This document shows, one piece after another, positions 10,585-19,050 of a stretch of 51,343 nt of DNA. Location of the stretch: assembly GCA_016876055.1 (NCBI GenBank), contig VHDM01000001.1, positions 1 to 51,343 on the forward strand. The letters are read 5' to 3'. A program made the position numbers and the translations under genes. Position 1 is the stretch's first letter; each line of letters starts with the position of its first letter. The DNA is from Verrucomicrobiota bacterium (GTDB lineage: Bacteria; Verrucomicrobiota; Verrucomicrobiia; Methylacidiphilales; Verrucolacustridaceae). The notes beneath the pieces were generated by a model that searched no databases, was not told the origin of the DNA, and saw only the letters and a list, made by a program, of their open reading frames with translations.

Positions 10585-11502
10585 TCAATGCTTTACATTT
10601 TTAAAATTTAAATCTACCCAGCCGACGAGGATGGCATGGGGGAGGGTGAGAACGGCGAGGAGGATGAGGTAGGAGCCAACCCATCCCTCCATATTGGCGG
10701 GATGAAGACCGAGGAAGCGGGGAAGAAGGGGCAGGAACAGTAGGGTGGCGATGGTGAGGGGGGCGGCAAAGAGAAGAAGACGGCCCAAGGAATTCAGCCA
10801 GGCCTTGATCGGCAAGGAGGATTGCAGGTGCTCGCGAATTTCCGCCAAACGCAGGAGGTGCCGCCAAGCATGGAAGGCGACGAAGTATGTGCCCACTCCG
10901 ACCAGCGGAGGGGTCAGCCCGAGAAGGAGAAGAAGAAGGATGGTTTCCCCCCATTCCGTTTTTCCCGGCCGGGAGGCCAAGGTCAGAAGGAGTGGCACGA
11001 CGAGCAGGCATTGGAAGAAGATCGGGGAAGGGGCGGGTCCGGCGGCGGGTGCCATCAGGAGGACGACCCTCCAGGCCTCCAGGGTGTGAAAGGCAAAGGG
11101 AGCCAGCATGACCCAGAGGCCCCGTCCGAGACCAAAGGAAAGCCAGCGCAAACCGGGCGAAAAAAGCAGGGAAGCGTCGGCGGTGCCCCAGTGCCAGGAG
11201 GTGAGCAGGAGAAAAAAAACGGTGGCAGGAAAAGGGGCGGCTTGCCAGACGAGGAGGTAAAGGAAGGAGCAGGCCAGATAAATGACAAAGAACCAAAACA
11301 AAAACGGGATTCGGGAGGGTTTTTGTTGAACCCAACCGGGGACCCACGGGTCACAGGCCCCATGGGGAATGCCGAGGATCACCGCCGAGGACAAAAAGAA
11401 GAGAGGGGCCAACCCGAAGGCCTGAGCTGGAAACAGGAAGCCCAAAAGTCCCAAGAGCCCCGCCAAAGCCCACGGGATGGTCCGGTTCAGCAGAACAGGC
11501 AT
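10585..11502 (-). CDS. blh: Beta-carotene 15,15'-dioxygenase, Brp/Blh family
   Basis: Multi-pass membrane protein with four His motifs (GIPHGACD, SWHWG, FHAWRH, TLPH), downstream of a rhodopsin. Confidence 0.9.
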   Translation of the reverse strand: MPVLLNRTIPWALAGLLGLLGFLFPAQAFGLAPLFFLSSAVILGIPHGACDPWVPGWVQQKPSRIPFLFWFFVIYLACSFLYLLVWQAAPFPATVFFLLLTSWHWGTADASLLFSPGLRWLSFGLGRGLWVMLAPFAFHTLEAWRVVLLMAPAAGPAPSPIFFQCLLVVPLLLTLASRPGKTEWGETILLLLLLGLTPPLVGVGTYFVAFHAWRHLLRLAEIREHLQSSLPIKAWLNSLGRLLLFAAPLTIATLLFLPLLPRFLGLHPANMEGWVGSYLILLAVLTLPHAILVGWVDLNFKNVKH

Positions 11503-11543
11503 CCAGGCAGGCTAGGGTTCCGAATTCCGCGGGCAAAGCAGGG

Positions 11544-11579
11544 GAAAAGAAACGGGGGATCCCCGCAGGGATCCCCCGT
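11544..11579 (-). terminator. Intrinsic terminator after the rhodopsin gene
   Basis: Perfect 12-bp stem ACGGGGGATCCC / 4-nt loop / GGGATCCCCCGT, followed by TTCTTTT on the minus strand. Confidence 0.85.
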
Positions 11580-11618
11580 CGCATCGCGGAAGTGGTTTCC
11601 GCGAACCAAGCAGGAATC

Positions 11619-12365
11619 TTATTTGCCGCGTTTGGCGAGATTCCAGACCACCAGACCGAAGCCTATCTTGTTGATGGCGTCGCCGATGTTGTAGACGACG
11701 TTCATATTGGCAGCCAAGTCGGTGGATCCGCTGAGCACATTACCCGGCAGGGTCATGTAACCGATCGGGTAGATGGCCCACCCGATGAGCACGAAGCCCC
11801 GCAGAAGGTTGAAGGCGCGGCGAACGTTGGCGTCGCTACTGCCGTCGGCCAGCTGTTTTGCTTCGCCGAAGAAGATCTCATAAACGATGCCCGCCCATCC
11901 GATGGTGGAGATCACCCCCCAGCCGAAGTTCTCGAAGCCACGGATCGGCTTGCCGATTTCCGCCGAGACTTCGCCGACGTAGCCAGCCACGAGCATGAGC
12001 CCGGAGTAGGCAATCAGGCGCCAGAGCATGTTGAGGCTGGCTCCGGCGGCGCGGAGAAGGAGGTAAAACTCCGTGCACATCAACGGCACCGTGAGGAGCC
12101 AGTCGATGTAGCGGAACTCCGTGGGGGACGCCACCGCAGCATTGTTGCCGGTGAACGTGGCCACCCAAAATTCGCGCATATACCAATAATGCGCCGCCGC
12201 GATGGTGGTGATGAGACCGCTGACGAGGAGCGACAGCTTCCACTTATCCGAGACGGACGACCGCTCGATGAAGAAGAAGACCGAAGCCGCACCCATGGCC
12301 ATGGTCCCGATAAAGAAGGTGAACCCGACAAGGTCACCCTGTTGAAGTGCACTAGCTGCTAACAT
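11619..12365 (-). CDS. Proteorhodopsin-type proton pump (DTE motif, Met105, predicted green-absorbing)
   Basis: Seven TM helices; AHY (His75), RYIDWLLTVPLMCTE, GWAIYP, retinal Lys in DAINKIGFG; strong SD AAGGAGG. Confidence 0.95.
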   Translation of the reverse strand: MLAASALQQGDLVGFTFFIGTMAMGAASVFFFIERSSVSDKWKLSLLVSGLITTIAAAHYWYMREFWVATFTGNNAAVASPTEFRYIDWLLTVPLMCTEFYLLLRAAGASLNMLWRLIAYSGLMLVAGYVGEVSAEIGKPIRGFENFGWGVISTIGWAGIVYEIFFGEAKQLADGSSDANVRRAFNLLRGFVLIGWAIYPIGYMTLPGNVLSGSTDLAANMNVVYNIGDAINKIGFGLVVWNLAKRGK

Positions 12366-12500
12366 GTGATTTCCTCCTTCTGCCCCGAAGGGCTTTTGCT
12401 TGGGTGCTGATATTTGAAGGTGAGACGGGTGCGTGCAAGGGCAAATCCCAAAACGGGAAGGAAAAGTTGTGAAAAGTTTTTACCTAATAAAATATAATAA

Positions 12501-13262
12501 TTAAGCCCGTTTTGCTTTTTCCCACAACTGGTCCAGCTGTTTTGGGCTGAGGTGGGCGGGAGTCAGGCCCAGGCGCTTGGCAAACTCCTCGACGCGACGG
12601 ACTCTGGTTTGGAAACGGCGGGAGGCGTCGCGCAGGGCGGTTTCGGCGTCTGTCTTGCGGTGCCGAGCGAGGTTGACCACGGTGAAGAGGACATCCCCCA
12701 GTTCCCGGGCGAAGGCGGGTCCCGCGGCGCGAGTGCGGGCCAGTTCCCGCAGTTCCTCGCGAAGTTTGGCGGGGACACCTTTTTTGGGGTCCCCCCAATC
12801 AAAGCCGGCGCGGGCCGCGCGACGCTGGAGGTTCTGGGCATGGAGCAAAGCGGGGAGGGACCGGGGAATTCCGTCGAGGCAACTTTGGCGGGACGGTTTT
12901 TCCTGTTGCTTGAGCTGGTGCCAGCGGCGGAGGACCTGCGCTGGATTACGGAGTTTCTCGCGGCCAAAAACGTGGGGATGGCGGCGCATGAGCTTTTTGG
13001 CCAACTCGCGTGCCACGGCCTGAAAATCAAAGGCCCGGCGCTCCCGGGCCAGCTGGGCGTGAAAGAGGATGTGCAGCAGGACGTCTCCCAGTTCCTCCTG
13101 GAGGGCCTGGTCGTCGCGTTGGTCGATGGCCTCGAGCAACTCATAGACCTCCTCCAGGATCATGGGTCGGAGGGAACGGTGGGTCTGTTTTTTGTCCCAA
13201 GGGCAACCGCGAGGACCGCGCAACCGGGCCATGATGCGGGTAAGGGCCTTGGTTTCGCGCAT
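12501..13262 (-). CDS. mazG: Nucleoside triphosphate pyrophosphohydrolase
   Basis: GCPWDKKQT, EELGDVL, KLMRRHPHVF, GFDW and a second ELGD motif. Confidence 0.93.
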   Translation of the reverse strand: MRETKALTRIMARLRGPRGCPWDKKQTHRSLRPMILEEVYELLEAIDQRDDQALQEELGDVLLHILFHAQLARERRAFDFQAVARELAKKLMRRHPHVFGREKLRNPAQVLRRWHQLKQQEKPSRQSCLDGIPRSLPALLHAQNLQRRAARAGFDWGDPKKGVPAKLREELRELARTRAAGPAFARELGDVLFTVVNLARHRKTDAETALRDASRRFQTRVRRVEEFAKRLGLTPAHLSPKQLDQLWEKAKRA

Positions 13263-13339
13263 GATCCTGAACTACGGGGCGGTTGGCGATTCGTCGAGCC
13301 GGAGCGTGACTCGGCGACGGATTTTGTTAGGGTCTCCCC

Positions 13340-14884
13340 TTGAAGAAATTTATTTCCCCGCAGGCCTCCTGGCCTCACCTGATCGAGCAGCACCGGAAAG
13401 TTGTCCCCGAGGCCTACGGACCGGAAGGCAATCTCTACAACCTGATCGGGGGTGAGTGGGGCCATCCCGGGCATGGGAAACTTTTCCTCAGCCCGGTCGA
13501 CGCCACGCCTCTGGGACGGTACCCGATGATCAAGCTGGAAGCGGCGCGGTTGGCGGTGGAGCAGGCGGAGAAGGAGTTTCACACATGGGCCCAAACGGAC
13601 CTGGAGGAGCGCAAGCGGCGCGTGGCCGCGGCGGTGGACGACATCGAAAGGCACGGTGATTTGCTCGCGAAAACGCTGATCTGGGAAATCGGCAAACCGT
13701 ATGCCCAGGCCAAGGTCAGCGTGGAGCGGTGCGTTTCCGGAGTGCGCTGGTATCTCAAGGAGATTGACCGGATGATGGAGGGTCGCCGTCCCATCGGCCT
13801 GATCTCGAACATTGCCTCCTGGAATTACCCGATGTCCGTGCTGGTGCACGCGGTGCTCGTGCAGTGCCTGACGGGGAATTCGGCGATTGCCAAAACCCCG
13901 ACCGACGGCGGCATCCACACGGTGACGCTGGCGCTGGCGCTGGCCCGGCGGCACGGGCTGCCGGTCAGTCTGGTGAGCGGCTCCGGGGGTGAATTGAGCG
14001 AAGCATTGGTCCGGAACGATGCGATCGCCTGTCTGGCCTTTGTGGGCGGCAAAAACAACGGGCGGGAGATCGCCAACGCCTTTTATGACCGCTCCAAGCG
14101 ATACATGCTGGAGATGGACGGGGTCAATTGTTACGGGGTCTGGGATTTTTCCGACTGGAAAGGCCTGGCCGTCCAAATCAAGAAGGGGTTCGAGTACGGC
14201 AAGCAGCGTTGCACGGCTTACCCACGCTACGTGGTGCAGCGGGCGTTATTCCCGAAATTCCTGGAGATGTATCTGGGGGTGGTCCAGTCCCTCCAGGTGG
14301 GCAACCCCCTGCTGGTGGAGAAGGCGGAGGATCCGCTGCCGACCTTGGACTACGGCCCGATCATCAACAGCCGGAAGGTGGAGGAGTTGCGGGTGCAGAT
14401 CAGCGAAGCGGTGGCCGGCGGGGCAGTGGCCCTGTATGAAGGAGTTTTGGAGGAATCCCGTTTTACGCCGAATCAGGATAATTCCGCCTACCTCGCCCCC
14501 GTTGCGTTGCTGAACCTGCCCCGGAACTGCCGGTTGTACCATGGGGAACCTTTCGGTCCGGTGGATTCGGTGGCGGTGGTCGACAGCGTGGATCAGATGG
14601 TCGCCGAGATGAACGTCTCGAACGGCTCGCTCGTTTCCAGTCTGGCGTCCGACGACGCCAACCTAGCCAAACAAATTGCCGGGGATCTGCGGTGTTTCAA
14701 ATTCGGGCACAATAAAGTGCGATCGCGGGGCGACAACGAGGAGAGCTTTGGCGGATTCGGGCAGTCCTGGAAAGGTTGCTTTGTGGGGGGCCGCTATCTG
14801 GTGGAGTCGGTGACCCAAGGACGGACCGGGGAACGGCTCAAGGGCAATTTTCCAGACTACGTGTTGCTACCGGACCAGCGTTAG
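13340..14884 (+). CDS. Aldehyde dehydrogenase family protein (TTG start)
   Basis: SWNYP (Asn), LEMDG (Glu), QRCTA (catalytic Cys) and EPFGP motifs. Confidence 0.88.
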   Translation: MKKFISPQASWPHLIEQHRKVVPEAYGPEGNLYNLIGGEWGHPGHGKLFLSPVDATPLGRYPMIKLEAARLAVEQAEKEFHTWAQTDLEERKRRVAAAVDDIERHGDLLAKTLIWEIGKPYAQAKVSVERCVSGVRWYLKEIDRMMEGRRPIGLISNIASWNYPMSVLVHAVLVQCLTGNSAIAKTPTDGGIHTVTLALALARRHGLPVSLVSGSGGELSEALVRNDAIACLAFVGGKNNGREIANAFYDRSKRYMLEMDGVNCYGVWDFSDWKGLAVQIKKGFEYGKQRCTAYPRYVVQRALFPKFLEMYLGVVQSLQVGNPLLVEKAEDPLPTLDYGPIINSRKVEELRVQISEAVAGGAVALYEGVLEESRFTPNQDNSAYLAPVALLNLPRNCRLYHGEPFGPVDSVAVVDSVDQMVAEMNVSNGSLVSSLASDDANLAKQIAGDLRCFKFGHNKVRSRGDNEESFGGFGQSWKGCFVGGRYLVESVTQGRTGERLKGNFPDYVLLPDQR

Positions 14885-15393
14885 GGAATCTTGTGCTGCG
14901 CGCGCGCCGGTAGGCGTCGGTTGATCAGCCAAAGGCTGACGGCGACAAGCAGAATCAGCAGGCCACTGATGGCCAACTCAATCATGTAGTGCTGGAATTT
15001 GGTGGGATCGAGGGTCTGGCCCTCGGTCTCCGTGACGGAGAGAGAAGCGCCGATGGTGAGAATGCGGCGGGTCACACTGATGCCGGCGATGACCAGAAAA
15101 GGATTCAAATCCTCGATACCCACGTCATGCGCCGGTGAGACCAGCAGACGGGTGACGGTGCGGAGCAACTCCATGACGATCATGATGAGGAGAACTTCGT
15201 TGATGAGCGTGATGAGGATGGAGAAAAAGGGTTGGCCCGCCGAATTGATGAGAAACTTCAGCAGGTAGATGGCGATGGCACCGGCGATGAGGAGGAGGAG
15301 CATGGCCACGCCGCCGTAGGTGACGATTTCCCCGCGGTTGATAAAACGCAGAAATCTTTGGGCGACCGAAGGTTGGGTGGCTGGAGCGGGCAC
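14881..15393 (-). CDS. PsiE-family (phosphate-starvation-inducible) membrane protein; GTG start inferred
   Basis: Four TM helices, LLIMIVMELLRTV and PFLVIAGISVTRRIL. Confidence 0.75.
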   Translation of the reverse strand: MPAPATQPSVAQRFLRFINRGEIVTYGGVAMLLLLIAGAIAIYLLKFLINSAGQPFFSILITLINEVLLIMIVMELLRTVTRLLVSPAHDVGIEDLNPFLVIAGISVTRRILTIGASLSVTETEGQTLDPTKFQHYMIELAISGLLILLVAVSLWLINRRLPARAQHKIP

Positions 15394-15510
15394 AAGGTCA
15401 GCGTGAAGGAAAAAGAATGGGTGGCAAGAAAGCAGTGCGGGCGGGGAGGGAGGGGCGCAACCAAAAAGGAGAAGGTTGGGCGGGGATCGGTTCTGCGGTA
15501 GCTTTCCAAG

Positions 15511-15903
15511 GTGTCCAAGGTGACCGTTTTCTACGATGCGGACTGTGGTTTTTGCCAAGGCAGCGTGGATTGGCTTTTGGCCCGGGCCTTGCCGGACACT
15601 TTTGATCCGGTGGCCTATCAGGACAATCATGCCTTGAGGGAGTTTCCCATGGTGGATCCCACGCTGGCGGACAAGGGAATCCAAGCTCTGGGACCGGACG
15701 GGAAACTGCGCACCAAGGCCCAAGCCACTGGTTACTGCCTGACCTTTGTGCCGGGGTGGCGCTGGCTGGGGCAGCTGATTTTATTTCCCCTTGTCGCCCC
15801 GTTGGCGGCGGTGGGCTATGCCCTCGTGGCCCGGAATCGGCAACGGATTTCCCGCATGATAAGGCGCACTTCCTGCCGGATGCCCCCGCGCCCGGGGCGG
15901 TGA
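15511..15903 (+). CDS. DCC1-like thiol-disulfide oxidoreductase (DUF393)
   Basis: N-terminal YDADCGFC and C-terminal YALVARNR. Confidence 0.85.
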   Translation: MSKVTVFYDADCGFCQGSVDWLLARALPDTFDPVAYQDNHALREFPMVDPTLADKGIQALGPDGKLRTKAQATGYCLTFVPGWRWLGQLILFPLVAPLAAVGYALVARNRQRISRMIRRTSCRMPPRPGR

Positions 15904-16577
15904 GCCTCGGCAGGCTCGAGCGGGAGATTACCGCCTGCCGCCTTTGTCCCCGGCTGGTGCGCTGGCGGGAAAAAGTGGCGAAGGAAAAAAAAGCGGCTTA
16001 CCAAAAGGAGGAGTACTGGGGCCGACCAGTGCCGGGATGGGGGGATCCACAGGCGAAGCTGGTGGTGGTCGGGTTAGCCCCGGGGGCCCACGGGGCCAAT
16101 CGGACCGGGCGGATGTTCACGGGGGATCAGTCGGGCCGCTGGTTGTATCGCGCGCTTTGGAAAGCGGGCTGGGGGAGCCGGGAGGGCAGCGTGGGACGTC
16201 AGGACGGACTTGTCCTGACCCATGTTTGGGTGACCGCCCCAGTGAAGTGCGCGCCGCCTGACAACCGGCCGACGCCGCAGGAGCGGGACCGGTGCGGCGA
16301 TTTTTTTCAAAAGGAATTACGGCTGTTGACGTCCGCGCGAGTGTATCTCGCCTTGGGGGGGTTCGGGTTTGAAGCGGTGACACGGTTTTTCGGCCTCCGG
16401 CCCAAACCGAAATTTGGCCACGGCGTGGAGGTCGCCCTGCCAGGGGGGAGGTGGTTGCTGGGTTCGTATCATGTCAGCCAGCAAAACACTTTCACCGGCC
16501 GATTGACGGAGGCGATGCTGAACCGGGTCATGGCCCAGGCAGGTCGGCGGGCCGGCTTGTCAGCCGGAAAAGGCTGA
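15900..16577 (+). CDS. udgB: Uracil-DNA glycosylase family 5 (4Fe-4S)
   Basis: CRLCPRLV, GLAPGAHGANRTGRMFTGD, KCAPPDNRP and HVSQQN; GTGA overlap with the upstream gene. Confidence 0.9.
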   Translation: MSLGRLEREITACRLCPRLVRWREKVAKEKKAAYQKEEYWGRPVPGWGDPQAKLVVVGLAPGAHGANRTGRMFTGDQSGRWLYRALWKAGWGSREGSVGRQDGLVLTHVWVTAPVKCAPPDNRPTPQERDRCGDFFQKELRLLTSARVYLALGGFGFEAVTRFFGLRPKPKFGHGVEVALPGGRWLLGSYHVSQQNTFTGRLTEAMLNRVMAQAGRRAGLSAGKG

Positions 16578-16595
16578 ATTATCGTTTTACTCCAC

Positions 16596-16677
16596 GCGCT
16601 CGTGGCGAAACTGGCAGACGCACTACCTTGAGGTGGTAGCGGGGCAACCCATGGAGGTTCAAATCCTCTCGAGCGCA
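16596..16677 (+). tRNA. tRNA-Leu (GAG)
   Basis: Anticodon arm CTACC-TTGAGGT-GGTAG, long variable arm, TTCAAAT T-loop; CCA not encoded. Confidence 0.95.
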
Positions 16678-16791
16678 CGGAGAGTGCAAAAGTGTCCGTC
16701 TTGCCGGGGGCGATCTTGGACTGGCGCGGGGGCAGGTCAGCGGGGGAGCAAATTCACTCGAGTGCACTTCAGAATACCTTAGTTTAAATTT

Positions 16792-17856
16792 ATGTCTGAC
16801 CTCGAGCGATCCATTGAATTTGAATTTGTGCGGGCGACGGAAAACGCTGCGCTCAACGCGATGCGTTTTATCGGCAAAGGGGAAAAAGAGCAGGCCGATG
16901 CGGCAGCCTGCGACGCGATTCAAGGAGTGTTTGATTACCTGGATATCCGCGGGGAGGTGGTCATCGGGGAGGGAATCAAGGACAAAGCCCCGGGCATCTT
17001 TTTGGGAGACAAGCTGGGGAAGTGGGGAGCGAACGACCCGGTTTTCAACATCGCCCTGGACCCGGTTGACGGCACCACCAATCTGTCCAAGGGCTCGCCC
17101 AACGCCATCTCGGTGATGGCGGCAGCGGAAGCGCCCGCGGGTGGCCAGCAGGCGGTTATGCGGAATATTCCCAGCTACTATTCCCACAAGGTTGCCTACG
17201 GGCCGGCGGTGGCTGAATTTTTAAGGCGGGAGGATCCGCAGGCCAACTTTCTGGATGCGGCCCTGGAAGAGACCCTGCCGCGGATGGCGCAGATCCTGCG
17301 CAAGCGGATCACGGACATGGTGGTGTTGGTGTTGGACCGCCCCCGGAATCAGGCGTTCATCGATGCGATCCGCCGTTGCGGGGCGTCGCTGCGCACCATC
17401 GGCGATGGGGACATCACCGCGGCGGTCGCTCCCTCCTTGCCGGATTCGGGGATCGACCTGTATGTGGGAATCGGGGGTTCCCCCGAGGGAGTGCTGACCG
17501 CCACCGCTTTGCGGGCCCTCGGCGGGGAAATCCAGTTGAGGATGTGGTTTCCCAATGCGGAAGCGAAGGCGCGGCAAGTGCCGGGAATGGTGGAGTCGGA
17601 CATCCAACGGATCTACCGTTCCCGGGACATTGTGTCGGGGGACAGTGCAATCTTTTCCGCCACCGGCATCATCGAGAGTCCGCTGTTGCCGGGCGTCAAG
17701 CTGATCGGTCACAAAGCGATTACCCACACGATCCTGATGCGGGCCAAAAGTCGGACGGTTCGCTACATTCGGGCCGTGCACGATCTGGATAAAAAAACCA
17801 TCCATCTCCGCAGTCAGGGCGGGTTGGGCAAAGAATCAAAAATCGGAAAAGGTTAG
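16792..17856 (+). CDS. glpX: Class II fructose-1,6-bisphosphatase
   Basis: RATENAA, VVIGEG, DPVDGT, LDRPRN and GIGGSPEGV motifs. Confidence 0.93.
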   Translation: MSDLERSIEFEFVRATENAALNAMRFIGKGEKEQADAAACDAIQGVFDYLDIRGEVVIGEGIKDKAPGIFLGDKLGKWGANDPVFNIALDPVDGTTNLSKGSPNAISVMAAAEAPAGGQQAVMRNIPSYYSHKVAYGPAVAEFLRREDPQANFLDAALEETLPRMAQILRKRITDMVVLVLDRPRNQAFIDAIRRCGASLRTIGDGDITAAVAPSLPDSGIDLYVGIGGSPEGVLTATALRALGGEIQLRMWFPNAEAKARQVPGMVESDIQRIYRSRDIVSGDSAIFSATGIIESPLLPGVKLIGHKAITHTILMRAKSRTVRYIRAVHDLDKKTIHLRSQGGLGKESKIGKG

Positions 17857-18926
17857 GCGGTCAGGCCCGCCTTTTCCTGCCGCAGGCGGAGTTGGCCGCA
17901 GGCGGCGTCGATGTCGTGGCCTTTTTCCCGGCGGACGGTGGCTTCGACGCCCGCCTCCCGAAACACTTGCTGAAACCGGCGGATGGCGGGTTCGCCGGGG
18001 CGCTCGTACGGCAGACCTTCCACGGTGTTGTAGGGAATGAGGTTCACCTTGGCGTGCAAACGGCGGGCATGCCGGACGACCGCGCGGGCCTCGGCAGGGT
18101 TGTCATTCAGGTCCTTGAGAAGGATGTATTCAAAGGTGATCATTTTCCGTTTGGCTCGGGCGAAGGTTTGGCAGGCGGGGATTAGTTTCCCCAGCGGGTA
18201 TTTACGGTTCACCGGCATGATCTTGTCACGCGTTTCGTCGGTGCCGGCGTGGAGGGACAGAGCGAGTCGGAACTGTCCGGGGATTTGGGCCAGTTCCTCA
18301 ATTTGGGGGGCCAATCCGCTGGTGGAGACGGTGAGATGGCGCGCTCCGATGCCGAGGCCTTCGGGGGAGGTGAGAATCTCTATCGCGGCGCGCACCCGGG
18401 GAAGATTGGCCAAGGGTTCCCCCATGCCCATGAAGACAAGGTTGTCGGGGCGGCAACCGGCGATTTTGGCGGCCCCCAGAACCTGGCCGACGATTTCCGC
18501 GGCAGTGAGGTTGCGCCGCCAGCCATCCAGGCCGCTGGCACAGAAGCGGCAGCCGTAGGCACAACCCACTTGGCTGGAGACGCAGAGGGTGAGGCGGCCG
18601 CTGCGGTGGCCATCACGGCTGGGATTGGCCGGAATCAAAACCGATTCAAGGAGGGAACCATCGCCAAGACGCCATAGGATCTTGCGGGTGGTATCCGCAG
18701 AGCCCTGGATTTTCAGGGGTTCAACGGCGGCCAGGCGATACTGGGCGGCCAGATCGGCCCGCAGGGCGGCCGGCAGGTTGGACATTTCTTCAAAGGACGA
18801 AACAAACCGCTGGAAGATCCATTCCCGCAACTGCTTTTCACGCCAAGGCTCGCCGGACGAAAGTTTCCATTCCCCCGGAGGCGTATCCAGGAGGAGGGGT
18901 TTTAATGTCGGTAAATTTCCGCTCAT
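17853..18926 (-). CDS. rlmN: 23S rRNA m2A2503 / tRNA radical-SAM methyltransferase
   Basis: CVSSQVGCAYGCRFC, MGMGEP, VNLIPYN and DIDAACGQL. Confidence 0.95.
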   Translation of the reverse strand: MSGNLPTLKPLLLDTPPGEWKLSSGEPWREKQLREWIFQRFVSSFEEMSNLPAALRADLAAQYRLAAVEPLKIQGSADTTRKILWRLGDGSLLESVLIPANPSRDGHRSGRLTLCVSSQVGCAYGCRFCASGLDGWRRNLTAAEIVGQVLGAAKIAGCRPDNLVFMGMGEPLANLPRVRAAIEILTSPEGLGIGARHLTVSTSGLAPQIEELAQIPGQFRLALSLHAGTDETRDKIMPVNRKYPLGKLIPACQTFARAKRKMITFEYILLKDLNDNPAEARAVVRHARRLHAKVNLIPYNTVEGLPYERPGEPAIRRFQQVFREAGVEATVRREKGHDIDAACGQLRLRQEKAGLTA

Positions 18927-18928
18927 TT

Positions 18929-19006
18929 TGACCTCTGACCCCAAGACCTAAAAAATCGGACTGGAAAATCATGGGAAGAAGGCACTTGCATGACCTCTGA
19001 CCCCAA
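18929..19006. repeat. Exact 16-bp direct repeat TGACCTCTGACCCCAA (18929-18944 and 18991-19006)
   Basis: Read directly in the intergenic region upstream of rlmN. Confidence 0.9.
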
Positions 19007-19050
19007 AAGTGAAAAAAGGGGGGTGGGGCGGGGATGTTTCAGGGGTAGGG

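Noticed and set aside
11592-12362. 256-aa ORF antisense to the rhodopsin
   Set aside because: It is a mirror-frame artefact of the biased codon usage.
15394-15723. N-terminal extension of the PsiE-like ORF
   Set aside because: It overlaps the divergent DCC1-like gene and the promoter region.
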